From Coraliomargarita sp. (GTDB taxonomy: Bacteria; Verrucomicrobiota; Verrucomicrobiia; Opitutales; Coraliomargaritaceae), in NCBI GenBank assembly GCA_965216325.1, contig OZ244160.1:2304001-2368000 (forward strand): a DNA stretch of 64,000 bases, read 5' to 3'. Numbering within the stretch: the first letter of the stretch is position 1; each line of letters starts with the position of its first letter. A program made the translations under genes and the position numbers. Below the pieces are notes generated by a model. The model saw only the letters and a program-made list of their open reading frames with translations. It was not told the DNA's origin and did no database searches. Below are positions 23,138-34,888 of the stretch, piece after piece.

Positions 23138-24640
23138 TTAAATTTCAGCAGGCTCTGTTACAGGCTTCTCGATCGTGCTGATCACTGGGCTTAGATAAGC
23201 GCGGCCTTCTAGAATGCCATCGAGGCGGAATGTGTATCGCTCCCCCCGGTGGGTGAAGGTCCAGTTTTCGCCGATGCGAACAACACGTTTGCCCAAAACG
23301 ACTTGATGTTCGGTCTTGTCGTTTCGTTGCAGTTCAACAAATCCCGAAATCGGCACGGACTTTGCCGCGGAGAGCCATGGATCCCAGAGTTCGTCGTCGT
23401 CTGGAACTTGGACCATGCCGCGTTTAGTGGGGACTGGCAGCATTTGCAGGATATCATCTGGCGATTCGTCACTAGTGGGGGTTCCATCCGGAACGATGCT
23501 TGTGGATGCGTGCTGCTTAGTTCCTTTTTTGCCCAATGTTCCGCCGGAGATGAACGATGCCAGTGGCATTTCGGACTTGGTTTCGAGCAGGGCAGCCATG
23601 ATGGTATTTGCCACGGGATCTTTGCCTTTGGCCTTCACGACATCGGCTTGAGCCTGAACCAGAGCGGTGTCGACGCCCGCACTCTGCAGTAAGTCGAGAA
23701 AACGCGACATCGCTTGCTTATCCTCTTCACTGACTTCGCTGCCAGTGATGTTACTGATGATGGTTGAAAAGGAGTCACTCAAACTGCGGACGTCGCCTTC
23801 CTCTTTATCCGGTAGAGGGCCGTCGATTGGTCCACCCATGTCCATTGCGAGTTGTTCCATAAAAGCGGTCATGTTGGCGACGTCCTTGGCATCGACGGAC
23901 TTGAGTGCTGATAGAGAATAGCGGTTTTCGGAAATGCCCTGTTCGGCCATAAATGCGGCCATGTCGGCTTTGTATTGGGCGCGTTCTTCGTCGCTCATTG
24001 CGGCCATAATGGCACGGCGTTCCTGAATGACTTCCATCCCTCTAGCGAAGTCCTTTTTCAGTGACGCAAATTCTTCATCCTCCGTCAGGTCGGCAATGGC
24101 ATCAAATGCCTCAGCCACAGTAGGGGGCTTTTTGCCCTTTTGGGCTTCGGCCATGGCCTTGAACGCTTCGGAGTTTTTAAGGTCTTCGATGACTTGTTTT
24201 TGTTCGTCGTATTTGTCGCCTGCCAGGTTGGCAAATTCGACGAAGGTCATGCCCTCTGGGCGCACTTTCTCCGAGAGTCTCGGCACATACTGGCTATGCG
24301 CTACACTCAGGCCTACCAACACCAATGCACAAATCGATGAGTCGATAATGGGCATCGCAAAACGAAGAAAGACCAATAGCATGGTGCCGATAAAGGTGAT
24401 GCCGAGCAAGGCAGCCAGACGGATCATGGCTGTTTGGCTCGGGAGCCACGCGTCGACGCGTGGGTCGAAGACCGTTTTGATGATCACCATACCTGCGATT
24501 ACGAGTATCGCATTTAGAAATTTGGTCTCGGCGTCGCCTTTGGAGACGATCTTGACGACGATCAGGAGCAGCTTGGCTATGATCAGAAACGAGACGAGGT
24601 GGATCGCGGCATCAATGCCCGGGACGAGGAATTCGCTCAT
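23138..24640 (-). CDS. Hypothetical membrane protein (4 N-terminal TM helices, acidic helical soluble region)
   Basis: 500-aa ORF with hydrophobic first ~115 aa; no recognisable family. Confidence 0.7.
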   Translation of the reverse strand: MSEFLVPGIDAAIHLVSFLIIAKLLLIVVKIVSKGDAETKFLNAILVIAGMVIIKTVFDPRVDAWLPSQTAMIRLAALLGITFIGTMLLVFLRFAMPIIDSSICALVLVGLSVAHSQYVPRLSEKVRPEGMTFVEFANLAGDKYDEQKQVIEDLKNSEAFKAMAEAQKGKKPPTVAEAFDAIADLTEDEEFASLKKDFARGMEVIQERRAIMAAMSDEERAQYKADMAAFMAEQGISENRYSLSALKSVDAKDVANMTAFMEQLAMDMGGPIDGPLPDKEEGDVRSLSDSFSTIISNITGSEVSEEDKQAMSRFLDLLQSAGVDTALVQAQADVVKAKGKDPVANTIMAALLETKSEMPLASFISGGTLGKKGTKQHASTSIVPDGTPTSDESPDDILQMLPVPTKRGMVQVPDDDELWDPWLSAAKSVPISGFVELQRNDKTEHQVVLGKRVVRIGENWTFTHRGERYTFRLDGILEGRAYLSPVISTIEKPVTEPAEI

Positions 24641-24686
24641 ATTTGGTAGTTTGGTAGAGTGCGAGGGTGCGCAAATCTAGGTAAAT

Positions 24687-25442
24687 CTACCTTAAGTCCT
24701 CAAGGCCTTTTTCGTCACTGCAAATTAGGCCTGCGTCGTTGAAACTATAATAACCCATTCCTTGCGGGTCGTTTGCTTTACGACCAATGATGACGTGGTC
24801 GAGCAAGTTGATTTGGATGGTTTGAGCGGCCTCACGGAGGGTGCGCGTGATTTGGAGGTCCGCGCGACTTGGGGCGGGGTCACCGCTCGGGTGATTGTGC
24901 ACGACCGCGACGGCAGTGGCGTTGAGTTTGATGGCTTCACGAAACACTTCTCTCGGATGGACTAGAGCACTGGTTGCGGTTCCGGAGGTGCTTTCGACTT
25001 CGCGAATCAAGCGGTTCTTGCGGTCGAGGCAGAGCACCCAGAATTTTTCCACATCCAGCCCGGCTGAGCGGGTGCGAAAGTGTTTCGCGATGATGTCGGG
25101 GCTGTCATACTTGAGCTCGGTCTCTTCTTCGTCCCAGTCGCGTATGACACGCTTGGCGAGTTCCATCACCGTGACGAGTTGGGCCGCTTTGACCGTACCA
25201 ATGCCGTGGATCTGCATAAAGTCGTCGCGGGTCCAGTGCATCAGCTTAGAAAGCGAGCCTGCTTGGTTGAGCAGATTTCCCGTGAGGGTGACAATGTCGA
25301 TGCCGCGCTGGCCGCTACGCAGGATCATGGCGAGCAGCTCGCGGTCACTGAGTGCCTCTGGTCCATGGCGCTCAAGGCGCTCCTGTGGGCGCTCGCTGGC
25401 GACCATGTCTTTGATCCGGTGGCTATTGTAGACTTCTGGCAT
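24687..25442 (-). CDS. radC: RadC family JAB-domain protein
   Basis: RPQERL, LSDRELLA, GIGTVKA, VHPREVF, HNHPSGD and LLDHVII motifs. Confidence 0.95.
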   Translation of the reverse strand: MPEVYNSHRIKDMVASERPQERLERHGPEALSDRELLAMILRSGQRGIDIVTLTGNLLNQAGSLSKLMHWTRDDFMQIHGIGTVKAAQLVTVMELAKRVIRDWDEEETELKYDSPDIIAKHFRTRSAGLDVEKFWVLCLDRKNRLIREVESTSGTATSALVHPREVFREAIKLNATAVAVVHNHPSGDPAPSRADLQITRTLREAAQTIQINLLDHVIIGRKANDPQGMGYYSFNDAGLICSDEKGLEDLR

Positions 25443-25595
25443 ATTATATTCAGGCTAGGGATCGTTATCCTCAACGATCCGCTTTTTTGTGGGCGGCATG
25501 CTAGGGATAGCACGCTCTACCTTATTGTTGGTTGAAATGGGACGCCTGATAGTTAAACATGTTTCATTACTCTCGCAACTATCCGAATAACTAAC

Positions 25596-26741
<1,146 letters not shown>

Positions 26742-26783
26742 AGTGCATCGCTGAAATATGAGAGCTTCGTCGAATCTGATAGA

Positions 26784-26903
26784 GGGTAGGGCTGCCTCGC
26801 CGCAGGCAGCCGTTCGCCAGGTTAGTGTGCTGTGCGAAATGGCTGTGGATCGCAGCTCTGGGCATTTTTGTCACACGGTAGCCTCGGCGAGGCTGCCCTA
26901 CCC
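26784..26903. repeat. GTAG-type inverted REP pair (CCTCGCCG family)
   Basis: ggtagggctgcctcgccgcaggcagccgt ... acggtagcctcggcgaggctgccctacc; sister pair at 37041-37158. Confidence 0.85.
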
Positions 26904-26911
26904 ATTGAGAG

Positions 26912-27694
26912 ATGCCAAGTGATTCCATACGTATCCTGACGCTGAACATCGCGCACGGTCGCGGGTTGTCGCCGTATCAGGGGATGCATACGGCAAAGAG
27001 TATTGAGCGCGGGTTACAGCGTATCGTGCGTCTACTCCAGCGTGAGTCCCCGGACATTGTTGCCATGCAGGAAGTGGATGCGGATTCACATTGGAATCGT
27101 CGAATACACTTGCTGGATTACATCGCCGAGGAGGCGGGCTATGCGCATAGCCATCTGGGCATCCATAACCGTCGTGGCGGGCGCTTGCCACTCGCCTATG
27201 GCAATGGTGTGTTGTCTAAGTTTCCTATTAAGGTCGCGGATACGCAGGCTTTTGGGCAAGCCGAGTTGGGGGAGAAGGGCTTTCTGTATACCGAAATCGA
27301 TTTGCCCACCGGACACCTGCCGATTGTGAATCTGCATTTAGACTTCCGCTCGCGTCAGCGCCGAATTGAGCAGGTCGAACGCTTGATTGATTATCTCGAA
27401 GCGCGGCATCGGGAGAAGGGTGAAGAGGTCTATTTCTCACCGATTATCTGTGGCGACTTTAATAGCAGCGCGACGAAGCAGCGTGATGCTGTGAAACACT
27501 TGATCGGCTATTTGGAAGGGCATTGTGCGTATCAACTGCTGCCGAGTGGTCGCAAGACCTTCCCATCGATTTTGCCGATGCAGAGTCTGGACTTCATCTT
27601 CGCGCCGCCGAGCTACGAGGTGCAGCGATGTGAAGTGCTACGCAGCTATGTCAGTGACCACCGACCCGTGATTGTGGACCTCAAGGTTTTGTAG
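26912..27694 (+). CDS. Endonuclease/exonuclease/phosphatase family protein
   Basis: TLNIAHG, MQEVD, CGDFN, LDFIF and SDHRP motifs. Confidence 0.92.
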   Translation: MPSDSIRILTLNIAHGRGLSPYQGMHTAKSIERGLQRIVRLLQRESPDIVAMQEVDADSHWNRRIHLLDYIAEEAGYAHSHLGIHNRRGGRLPLAYGNGVLSKFPIKVADTQAFGQAELGEKGFLYTEIDLPTGHLPIVNLHLDFRSRQRRIEQVERLIDYLEARHREKGEEVYFSPIICGDFNSSATKQRDAVKHLIGYLEGHCAYQLLPSGRKTFPSILPMQSLDFIFAPPSYEVQRCEVLRSYVSDHRPVIVDLKVL

Positions 27695-27853
27695 AATGGG
27701 TGTCTCTTTTATTTTGTGGGTGCTCCGCTTTACGGATGCACTGCGCCGTAGTCGCTGATCTGGTGTGGGGCTTTTGCTCGGCAGTGACGCACAAGTGCGC
27801 ACGCTACTGTGGGACCCCGAACAACGCCGCTTAAAGGCGGGACCTCTATTGCT

Positions 27854-28579
27854 CTAAATCGGGCGGCGGATGCGGTGGCGGTATTTTTGCGCCAGTGCTT
27901 CGTTGTGCTCGGCTCCACCGTCGGCGTTCTGGCTGACGTAGGTCGGAGGTGTAACGCCCATTGCGATCAAATTCTCGATGATCTCCATGGAGAGTAGGTT
28001 CAAAATGAGTGCGCCACTCATGGTTGAGGTCGGTCCCACTTTATAGGCAAAGCCTTCGGCGTCGACTGCCGCATCGCCGGGCACGCCGCAGTTGTCGAGC
28101 ACGAGGTCTGCGAGTTCATAAAGCTTTTTGCCGGATGGGTGGCGAGAGGTGGTTGCCTTCGACATGTCGAGCGAAGTCAGCACGATGACTTTGAGTCCAG
28201 CCTCACGCGCTTCCATGGCAACTTCGATGGGGCTGGCGTTGCGGCCTGAGTTGGAAATGACGAGTACGACATCGCCGGGCTGCACGGCGTATTGGTAAGC
28301 GTAGCGCTGAAACAGGCGGGCGCCATAGCCGGCAATTTGCTCAGGCCAGCCATCGGCGGGATCGTTGATACTGCTGACGGGGACCAAGCCACCCGCGCGA
28401 CGCTCAATCTCGCAAGCGAGGATCTGGGAGTGTCCACTGCCGAAGGTGTGTAGCACGCCATCGGCTGCGATGGAGTCGGCGATGAGCTTGCCAGCTGCTT
28501 TTAAGGTGTCGGCATTGTCGGCGAAGACTTTGTCCTGTAGTGCGTTGGACGTGTCGAAGAATTGTTGGGCGAGTGACAT
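27854..28579 (-). CDS. SIS-domain sugar isomerase-like protein (UPF0309 type)
   Basis: [27 protein letters not shown] and GPTST motifs. Confidence 0.88.
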   Translation of the reverse strand: MSLAQQFFDTSNALQDKVFADNADTLKAAGKLIADSIAADGVLHTFGSGHSQILACEIERRAGGLVPVSSINDPADGWPEQIAGYGARLFQRYAYQYAVQPGDVVLVISNSGRNASPIEVAMEAREAGLKVIVLTSLDMSKATTSRHPSGKKLYELADLVLDNCGVPGDAAVDAEGFAYKVGPTSTMSGALILNLLSMEIIENLIAMGVTPPTYVSQNADGGAEHNEALAQKYRHRIRRPI

Positions 28580-28794
28580 GTTTGTGGATGCTGAAGGTTT
28601 TGGGCGCAGGAGCAAGGACGGGAACGTATTCTTTGGGGCAAATAATGCGAGCTAGCGGTTCGATGCATTTCATCAGTTTGAGGCTCAACAATTCGAGCTA
28701 CTTTGGGTGTTAAGTAGCGCTGCTGATAAGCAGCGATTATGTAAGATTAGTGTGGTTGTTAGTATAATTAATAGGTAAGGGTTTGGGGTTTGTT

Positions 28795-30222
28795 ATGACG
28801 ACTGCGAATACATCTCGAATCCAACGACAACTGCCGAGCATCATCCAAGGTGGCATGGGTGCTGCGGTGTCTAACTGGCGCCTCGCCCGAACCGTGGCTG
28901 AAAGTGGTGAGTTGGGCGTGGTCTCCGGCACAGCGTTGGACACGGTAATGGTCCGCCGCTTGCAGGATGGTGATTTGGAGGGTGATGTCCGTCGTGCGCT
29001 GGCGGCCTTTCCGTATCAGAAGATGGTTCAGCCGATCCTGGAGAAGTGGTATCGTGCGGAAGGACGCGCGGAGGGTGAGCCATATAAGCTGAAACCGCTG
29101 CCGACTATTGATATGAGCCGCACGGAGATGGAGCTGCTGATTGTGGCGAGTTTCGTAGAGATTTACTTGGCCAAAGAGGGACACGAGGGATTGGTCGGCT
29201 TGAACATGCTGGAGAAGATCCAGCTGCCGACTTTGCCATCCTTGTTTGGTGCCATGCTGGCGGGGGTGGATGCTGTGTTGATGGGCGGTGGAATCCCACT
29301 CACGATTCCAGGTATCTTGGACGCACTTGCCAAGTTGGAAGCGACCGAGCTGAAGATCAATGTCATTGGTGCGGAGCGTGATGAGCTGCATTTGATGCAC
29401 TTTGATCCGAAAGACTATGTGCCTGCAGATGCGCAGCCACTAATCCGCCCATGGTTCTTCCCGGTAATTTCATCCGAAATTCTTGCGATGACCTTCGTGA
29501 AGAAGGTGCCTGGTGGTGCGGATGGTTTTGTGATCGAGCACTATTCTGCGGGTGGGCACAATGCACCGCCTCGTCGTGGGGATGCATATGGTCCACGCGA
29601 TATTTGCAATATCGAGAAGGTGGCAAAGTTTGGACTGCCATTCTGGCTTGCCGGTGGACGTGCGTCTCCTGAAGGGCTGCGTGAAGCGCAAGAGCTCGGT
29701 GCAGTCGGCGTGCAAGTTGGCACGGCCTTTGCCTGCTCCAGTGAGTCCGGCATTACGGCAGAGATTAAGTCTGAAGTGGTCACTCGCTATTTTGCCGGAG
29801 AGCTCGAGGTGCATACCGATATGCAGGCTTCGCCGACAGGCTATCCGTTTAAGCGTGTGGATTTGGCTGCCAATGAATTGCCGGAGCCATGCCGGATTTG
29901 TGATCTCGGCTACTTGCGTCATGTTTACAAGAAGGATGACGGGAGCATTGGCTATCGTTGCCCGGCGGGCCCAGTGAAGGCTTACGTCTCGAAAGGTGGT
30001 TGCGAAGCAGATACCGAGGGGAAGCGTTGTCTCTGCAATGGTCTGATGGCGACGATTGGCATGGGGCAGGTCGATAAGGCGGGAACTGCAATGCCGCCTC
30101 TACTCACTTGGGGCGAAGACATGAGCTTTCTCAAGCACGTGGTTTCGGCTGGTGAGACCTCCTATTCAGCCAAGAATTTGATCAGCTACCTGCGCAGCGA
30201 AGTGCCGGCGGTTGCGGTTTAG
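28795..30222 (+). CDS. Nitronate monooxygenase/FabK-like flavoprotein with Cys-rich C-terminus
   Basis: [24 protein letters not shown] and SPTGYPF motifs; C-terminal CDLG, CPA and CLCNGL. Confidence 0.85.
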   Translation: MTTANTSRIQRQLPSIIQGGMGAAVSNWRLARTVAESGELGVVSGTALDTVMVRRLQDGDLEGDVRRALAAFPYQKMVQPILEKWYRAEGRAEGEPYKLKPLPTIDMSRTEMELLIVASFVEIYLAKEGHEGLVGLNMLEKIQLPTLPSLFGAMLAGVDAVLMGGGIPLTIPGILDALAKLEATELKINVIGAERDELHLMHFDPKDYVPADAQPLIRPWFFPVISSEILAMTFVKKVPGGADGFVIEHYSAGGHNAPPRRGDAYGPRDICNIEKVAKFGLPFWLAGGRASPEGLREAQELGAVGVQVGTAFACSSESGITAEIKSEVVTRYFAGELEVHTDMQASPTGYPFKRVDLAANELPEPCRICDLGYLRHVYKKDDGSIGYRCPAGPVKAYVSKGGCEADTEGKRCLCNGLMATIGMGQVDKAGTAMPPLLTWGEDMSFLKHVVSAGETSYSAKNLISYLRSEVPAVAV

Positions 30223-30250
30223 ATAAAGTAGAAGATGGGATGAGAAGTAG

Positions 30251-32068
30251 TTAATGCCGCTCACCGGTCTTCTCCTGGTCGCGGACCGGGTCGACGTAGA
30301 TGGAGACGTTGGCTTCGCTGTCGCCGAGATGCTCTTTGGCGCGCTTGAGGGCTTTCGCGGTCGACATCGTCGGGTTGCAGGGATCGTCGCGGAAGATGTT
30401 GCGGTCTTCGATGTAGTCGTAGAGGTCGCCATTCTTCAGGACTTCGACCATGTCGGCTTTGACTTCGCTGAGAATCAGATAGCGCCCCATCTCGTTCATG
30501 TAGCGAACGAGTTCTTCGAGTGCCATTAAGCCGGTGGCATCCATGTTGTGTGCGTTGCGCATTTTGAGGACCACGATTTTCAAGTTCGGGTCTTCACAAA
30601 TACGACGCATCTGGTTTTGGAACAGCTCAGCAGCACCAAAGAACAGCTCACCCTCGACGTGCACAATCGAGACTTCGGGTACATCCCGTTTCGCATCTTC
30701 GCCCATTTGCGCCAGTTGGCCACTTTCGTTGAATGCGTATTCGACCATCTCCGGCCGTGCGACCTTCTTGAGGAACAAGATGATCGAGACCCCGACCCCG
30801 ATGTAGATTGCGGTGTCGAGCGGCATCACCATGCCACTCAGGAAGGTGATCCCGAAGACCACGGCGTCCGAACGGGTGGTGTGGGTGACGACACGAATCG
30901 TGCGCTTATTGACCAACGAGATGCCGATCACGATGACCAAGACCGCCAAGGTGCACTGTGGGATATGCTTCGTGAAGGGGCCGACTGCGAAGGCGCCAAT
31001 CAGAACGATGATGCCGCTAATTAGGCTGGCGATTGGAGTTTTGCCGCCACTGGTTTCGGAAAGTGAGGAGCGGGTAAGCGAGCCCGACGCAGGCATGCCG
31101 GAGAGGAACCCGCAGGCAATGTTGGACATGCCGATGGAAAACATCGCTTGGTTGGCATCCAGTCGGGCACCGGTTTTAGCTGCCAGCGACTTGCCGATCG
31201 AGATGCCTTCAAGCACACACAAGAGTGCGATTGCCAAGGCAGGGCTAGCCATTGCGGTGACGTCATGCAGTGAAATTTGAGGAATGCTCACGGACCACGA
31301 GGTTGCATCGATTCCGGTTAGGTGGAGGACGCCGCTGTTTGCCTCTCCGCCTAGAAAAAGCGCGCTGATCGCCGACACAGCGAGCAGGGTAATGGCAACA
31401 TTGGGCAGCGACTTAAATTTCCAGTTCAACAGGACATAGAGCACGGCGGTGAGCAGGCTGACCGCGACCGTCATCCAGTGCGTCGTATCGAGAGCTGAAA
31501 GCATATAGCCCATCGATTCAAGGAAGGTGGCTCCCTTGCCCTCAAGCGTGAGGCCCAGTGTCTTGGGTATCTGGTTGGTGATAATCAGTAGTGCTGCGGC
31601 CGTGATATAGCCGGTGATCACTGAGCGGGAAATATATTGCACCAAATTGGCGACTTTAAAATAGGCGCCGAGCACGATGAAGAGGCCGACCAGCAGAATC
31701 AGTAGGGGCACCAGTGCCAGTTTGTCGGCGCCCACAATCCCAAGGCTCGCGAAGGCACTCAGTAGCATGACTGAGGTGGCGTTCGTTGGTCCCAGCGTGA
31801 TGAAGCGGTTTTTGGCAAACAGTGGGCCGATGAGCGCCGCGATTGCTGAGCCGTAGATACCGTATTGAATCGGTAGGCCTGCGATCAAGGCGTAGGCCAT
31901 GCCTTGTGGAAAGGCCAGTAGGGCAACATTGGTGCCCGCGCGCATGTCACCCGCAAAATTGTCGCGCTGGTAGCCAGCTAGCGTTTTGCGGATGGGAAAT
32001 AAACTGAGTGTATTGTAATCTTTAGCGGCCTTGAAGGCCTGCTTTGAGTATTTTATGAGCGCTGCCAC
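30251..32068 (-). CDS. SulP/SLC26 anion transporter with STAS domain
   Basis: PQGMAYA, GPT, SGSLTRS, GELFFGAA and MDATG motifs. Confidence 0.95.
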   Translation of the reverse strand: MAALIKYSKQAFKAAKDYNTLSLFPIRKTLAGYQRDNFAGDMRAGTNVALLAFPQGMAYALIAGLPIQYGIYGSAIAALIGPLFAKNRFITLGPTNATSVMLLSAFASLGIVGADKLALVPLLILLVGLFIVLGAYFKVANLVQYISRSVITGYITAAALLIITNQIPKTLGLTLEGKGATFLESMGYMLSALDTTHWMTVAVSLLTAVLYVLLNWKFKSLPNVAITLLAVSAISALFLGGEANSGVLHLTGIDATSWSVSIPQISLHDVTAMASPALAIALLCVLEGISIGKSLAAKTGARLDANQAMFSIGMSNIACGFLSGMPASGSLTRSSLSETSGGKTPIASLISGIIVLIGAFAVGPFTKHIPQCTLAVLVIVIGISLVNKRTIRVVTHTTRSDAVVFGITFLSGMVMPLDTAIYIGVGVSIILFLKKVARPEMVEYAFNESGQLAQMGEDAKRDVPEVSIVHVEGELFFGAAELFQNQMRRICEDPNLKIVVLKMRNAHNMDATGLMALEELVRYMNEMGRYLILSEVKADMVEVLKNGDLYDYIEDRNIFRDDPCNPTMSTAKALKRAKEHLGDSEANVSIYVDPVRDQEKTGERH

Positions 32069-32213
32069 GGTTCCTGTATAATTGGATTCTGTCTACTATG
32101 GATCGGGCGGTCTATAAATATAGGGGGAGTGGGACTTATCTGCGGGGCACAGAAGTTAGTAGACAGTGGCGTAGGTCCCGAAATTAGTCAAATTCGGGAT
32201 GCTGGAGCAACCT

Positions 32214-32996
32214 CTAATTGGGGTAGATCGCTGCCATGACCTCTGCATGCAGAGGCTCCTTGGCTGCGATGATGCAGCGCTCGTCAAAGGCGTCGCCACC
32301 CTTCCAGCCGGTGACTTTGAAGCCGGCACCTTCCAAGCATGGAAGAATCGCTGCGCAGTCCCAGATTTCCATCAGCGGGTCACACATGATATCGATAAAT
32401 CCGGAGCAGAGCAAAATGTAGCCGCCTGCATCACCCCAAGAGCGATAGAGTGCAGTCTTTGGTGGGAGCAGGTCCCACTTGGCATCGTTCTGCCAAAGTG
32501 TTGGGCGAATCGGGTCGGTGGTGCAGAGCGTTGCTTCTGCAAGCGTGCAGGCCTCACGGCCGTTCACTGGCTTGCCGTTCAGAGTGGTTTCCTCGCAGTC
32601 GCCGATCACCATTTGCTTCAGCACGGGTTGGTTGATGGCGCCAATCACTGGGCGGCCCTTGTAAAGCAGGGCAATCAAGGTCGCGAACAGGGGCACACCG
32701 GAAATGAAGGACTTGGTGCCATCGACCGGGTCGAGCACCCAGACGAAGTCCGCATCTTCGCGCTCACGGCCGTATTCTTCGCCGATGATACCGTGCTCGG
32801 GGTAGCGTTCAGCGAGGATTTCGCGGATGCGCTTCTCTGCATTGCGGTCGGCAAGCGTGACCGGAGTGGCATCGGACTTGCGTTCGATTTCGACTTCCGG
32901 GCCGTAGTGCGGGAGGATTTCCTTGGCGGCTTCCTCGCAGAGATAGGCGACGAATTCTTTAAATTCGGTTTTCTGGGCGCTGGTGAGTTCGGACAT
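32214..32996 (-). CDS. hisN: Inositol-monophosphatase family, probable histidinol-phosphatase
   Basis: TPVTLADRNAE, GEEYG, WVLDPVDGTKSFISGVP and WDCAA motifs. Confidence 0.78.
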   Translation of the reverse strand: MSELTSAQKTEFKEFVAYLCEEAAKEILPHYGPEVEIERKSDATPVTLADRNAEKRIREILAERYPEHGIIGEEYGREREDADFVWVLDPVDGTKSFISGVPLFATLIALLYKGRPVIGAINQPVLKQMVIGDCEETTLNGKPVNGREACTLAEATLCTTDPIRPTLWQNDAKWDLLPPKTALYRSWGDAGGYILLCSGFIDIMCDPLMEIWDCAAILPCLEGAGFKVTGWKGGDAFDERCIIAAKEPLHAEVMAAIYPN

Positions 32997-33106
32997 GATC
33001 AGTGCTGCTAAAATTTTGAAAAACGGAAAGTTGGGGGTTCCTGCACTTGCTGGCAACTGTAGACTCGCATAGTTTACAGGTTGATTGCATCTTCCCGCAT
33101 TTCCCG

Positions 33107-33775
33107 ATGTTCACCACGCCCATCCATGTCATTGATTTTGAAGGCAGCCGCCAGAGCGGTATTGTCGAATATGGCGTGGTGACCCTGCACGGCGCGATGA
33201 TTGACGCGACCTACACAGGGCTTTGCAAGCCGACTGGAACGATTACGGATCGAGATCGCTTGCAGCACCATCTCGACGAGACGGATCTGCAGGGGCAGGG
33301 GATCTTTGAGGAACAGTGGCCGCTGTTCTCTGAGTTGCGGGAAACCGGAGTGTTGTGCGCACACAATGTCTCGGTCGAAGATGGCTTTCTGCGTCAGGTC
33401 TGGCCGTATCCCAAAGCCTCGCCCGATTTTTTCGGAATCGCGGGCCCGGAGCCGAGTTGGGGACCATGGCTGGACACGCTGTATATTTACCGACGTGTCT
33501 ATCCACAGCTGGAGAGCCACAAACTTGAAGACTTGATTGAGCTGTTCGGCTTGAGCAAAGAGTTGAAAACGCGGGCAAAATTATACTGCCCGGAGGGCCG
33601 TCGCCGCTATCATTCGGCGCTCTATGATGCGCTGGCGTCCGCTTTATTGCTTTCGCGTCTGTATGATGAGCCCGAGCTCAAACGAATGACGATGCATTGG
33701 CTGTTGATTCAAAGCCAAGCTTCGGAGGCCGCGCGTGAGTCGGTTGGACAACAAGAGTTTTATTTGGATGACTGA
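33107..33775 (+). CDS. DEDDh 3'-5' exonuclease (DnaQ-like)
   Basis: IDFE, AHN, LDT and HSALYDA motifs. Confidence 0.88.
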   Translation: MFTTPIHVIDFEGSRQSGIVEYGVVTLHGAMIDATYTGLCKPTGTITDRDRLQHHLDETDLQGQGIFEEQWPLFSELRETGVLCAHNVSVEDGFLRQVWPYPKASPDFFGIAGPEPSWGPWLDTLYIYRRVYPQLESHKLEDLIELFGLSKELKTRAKLYCPEGRRRYHSALYDALASALLLSRLYDEPELKRMTMHWLLIQSQASEAARESVGQQEFYLDD

Positions 33776-34751
33776 TCTGCCTAATATCGTCTTTTTCGGC
33801 TCAGATGCGATCTGCCTGCCGTTCTTAAATTACATCTACAACGAAGGCGCGAGTCAGTGTCGTTTGCGCGCGGTGATTTCGCAACCGGACCGTCGAAAAG
33901 GGCGCGGCAAAAAAATGCAGCAAAATCCAGTGGCCGCTTGGGCGACCGAGCATGGCATTGAGCTCTTGCAGCCGGAGAAGCCCACGCGCGAACTGGCTGA
34001 GTGGTTGATCGCCGAGCAAACTGCAGTGGCCTTTGTTATGGCGTATGGACATTTCTTGCCGAAGTCATTGCGCGAAGCGCCTCGGCACGGCATGGTCAAC
34101 TTTCATGGATCCATCTTGCCGAAGTATCGCGGTGCATCGCCGGTAGAAACCGCACTGGCGCTCGGGGAATCCGAAGCAGGGGTCGCACTCATGCAAGTGG
34201 TCAAAGAAATGGATGCCGGTGGTGTCGCGGATGTGGAGACCGTATGTATTGAGAATTCGGATACGGGGCCAACCTTGCGTGCGAAGATCGGCGAGGCCGT
34301 AGTGCCGTTGATGCAGCGGAATCTTGCCGCGACATTGGCTGGCGAACTCGACTTTCAAGCCCAGGATGTTTCGCAGGCGACGTTCTGTCGCAAAATTTCA
34401 AAGGACGATGCGGCCTTGGACTTTACTCAATCCGCAGCAGCGATCGATGCGCGACTGCGGGCGTTTACGCCCTGGCCAGGGGGCTACTTTGATCACGGCG
34501 AGGTGCGTATCAAAGTCGGGAAGGTCGAGCCGATCGAAACGACGGCCGGCAGCGAGCCAGGCACCATCCTTGACTGCAGCGATGCAGTTGTCGTTGCGAC
34601 GGGCAACGGCGCACTCCGTTTACTCGAGCTACAACGCCCCGGTGGCAAGATGTTGCCCGCAGTTGAATTTCTTCGAGGCTACGCTTTGACTCAAGGGGAA
34701 GTGCTACCGAGTGTGCCAAGTGCGCCGCTGTTAGTCGATCACTCAGCGTGA
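33768..34751 (+). CDS. fmt: Methionyl-tRNA formyltransferase
   Basis: SQPDRRKGRG, NFHGSILPKYRGASP, MDAG and AFTPWPG motifs. Confidence 0.96.
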   Translation: MTDLPNIVFFGSDAICLPFLNYIYNEGASQCRLRAVISQPDRRKGRGKKMQQNPVAAWATEHGIELLQPEKPTRELAEWLIAEQTAVAFVMAYGHFLPKSLREAPRHGMVNFHGSILPKYRGASPVETALALGESEAGVALMQVVKEMDAGGVADVETVCIENSDTGPTLRAKIGEAVVPLMQRNLAATLAGELDFQAQDVSQATFCRKISKDDAALDFTQSAAAIDARLRAFTPWPGGYFDHGEVRIKVGKVEPIETTAGSEPGTILDCSDAVVVATGNGALRLLELQRPGGKMLPAVEFLRGYALTQGEVLPSVPSAPLLVDHSA

Positions 34752-34888
34752 TCGCGAGTTTTCGGGCTCAGCTTCGGCGGATGTCCTTGGAACATCCCTC
34801 TGAAACGCGCTGTCATCTGCTGGCACAGCTTGAATGTAAGGAGTTCCTGTTCGAACCCGCAGGTGCCTTCTGTGTTGAAAAATCATGA

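Noticed and set aside
24687..25442. radC as a marker of an integrative element
   Set aside because: It is the full-length chromosomal form among housekeeping genes, with no integrase or att sites seen.
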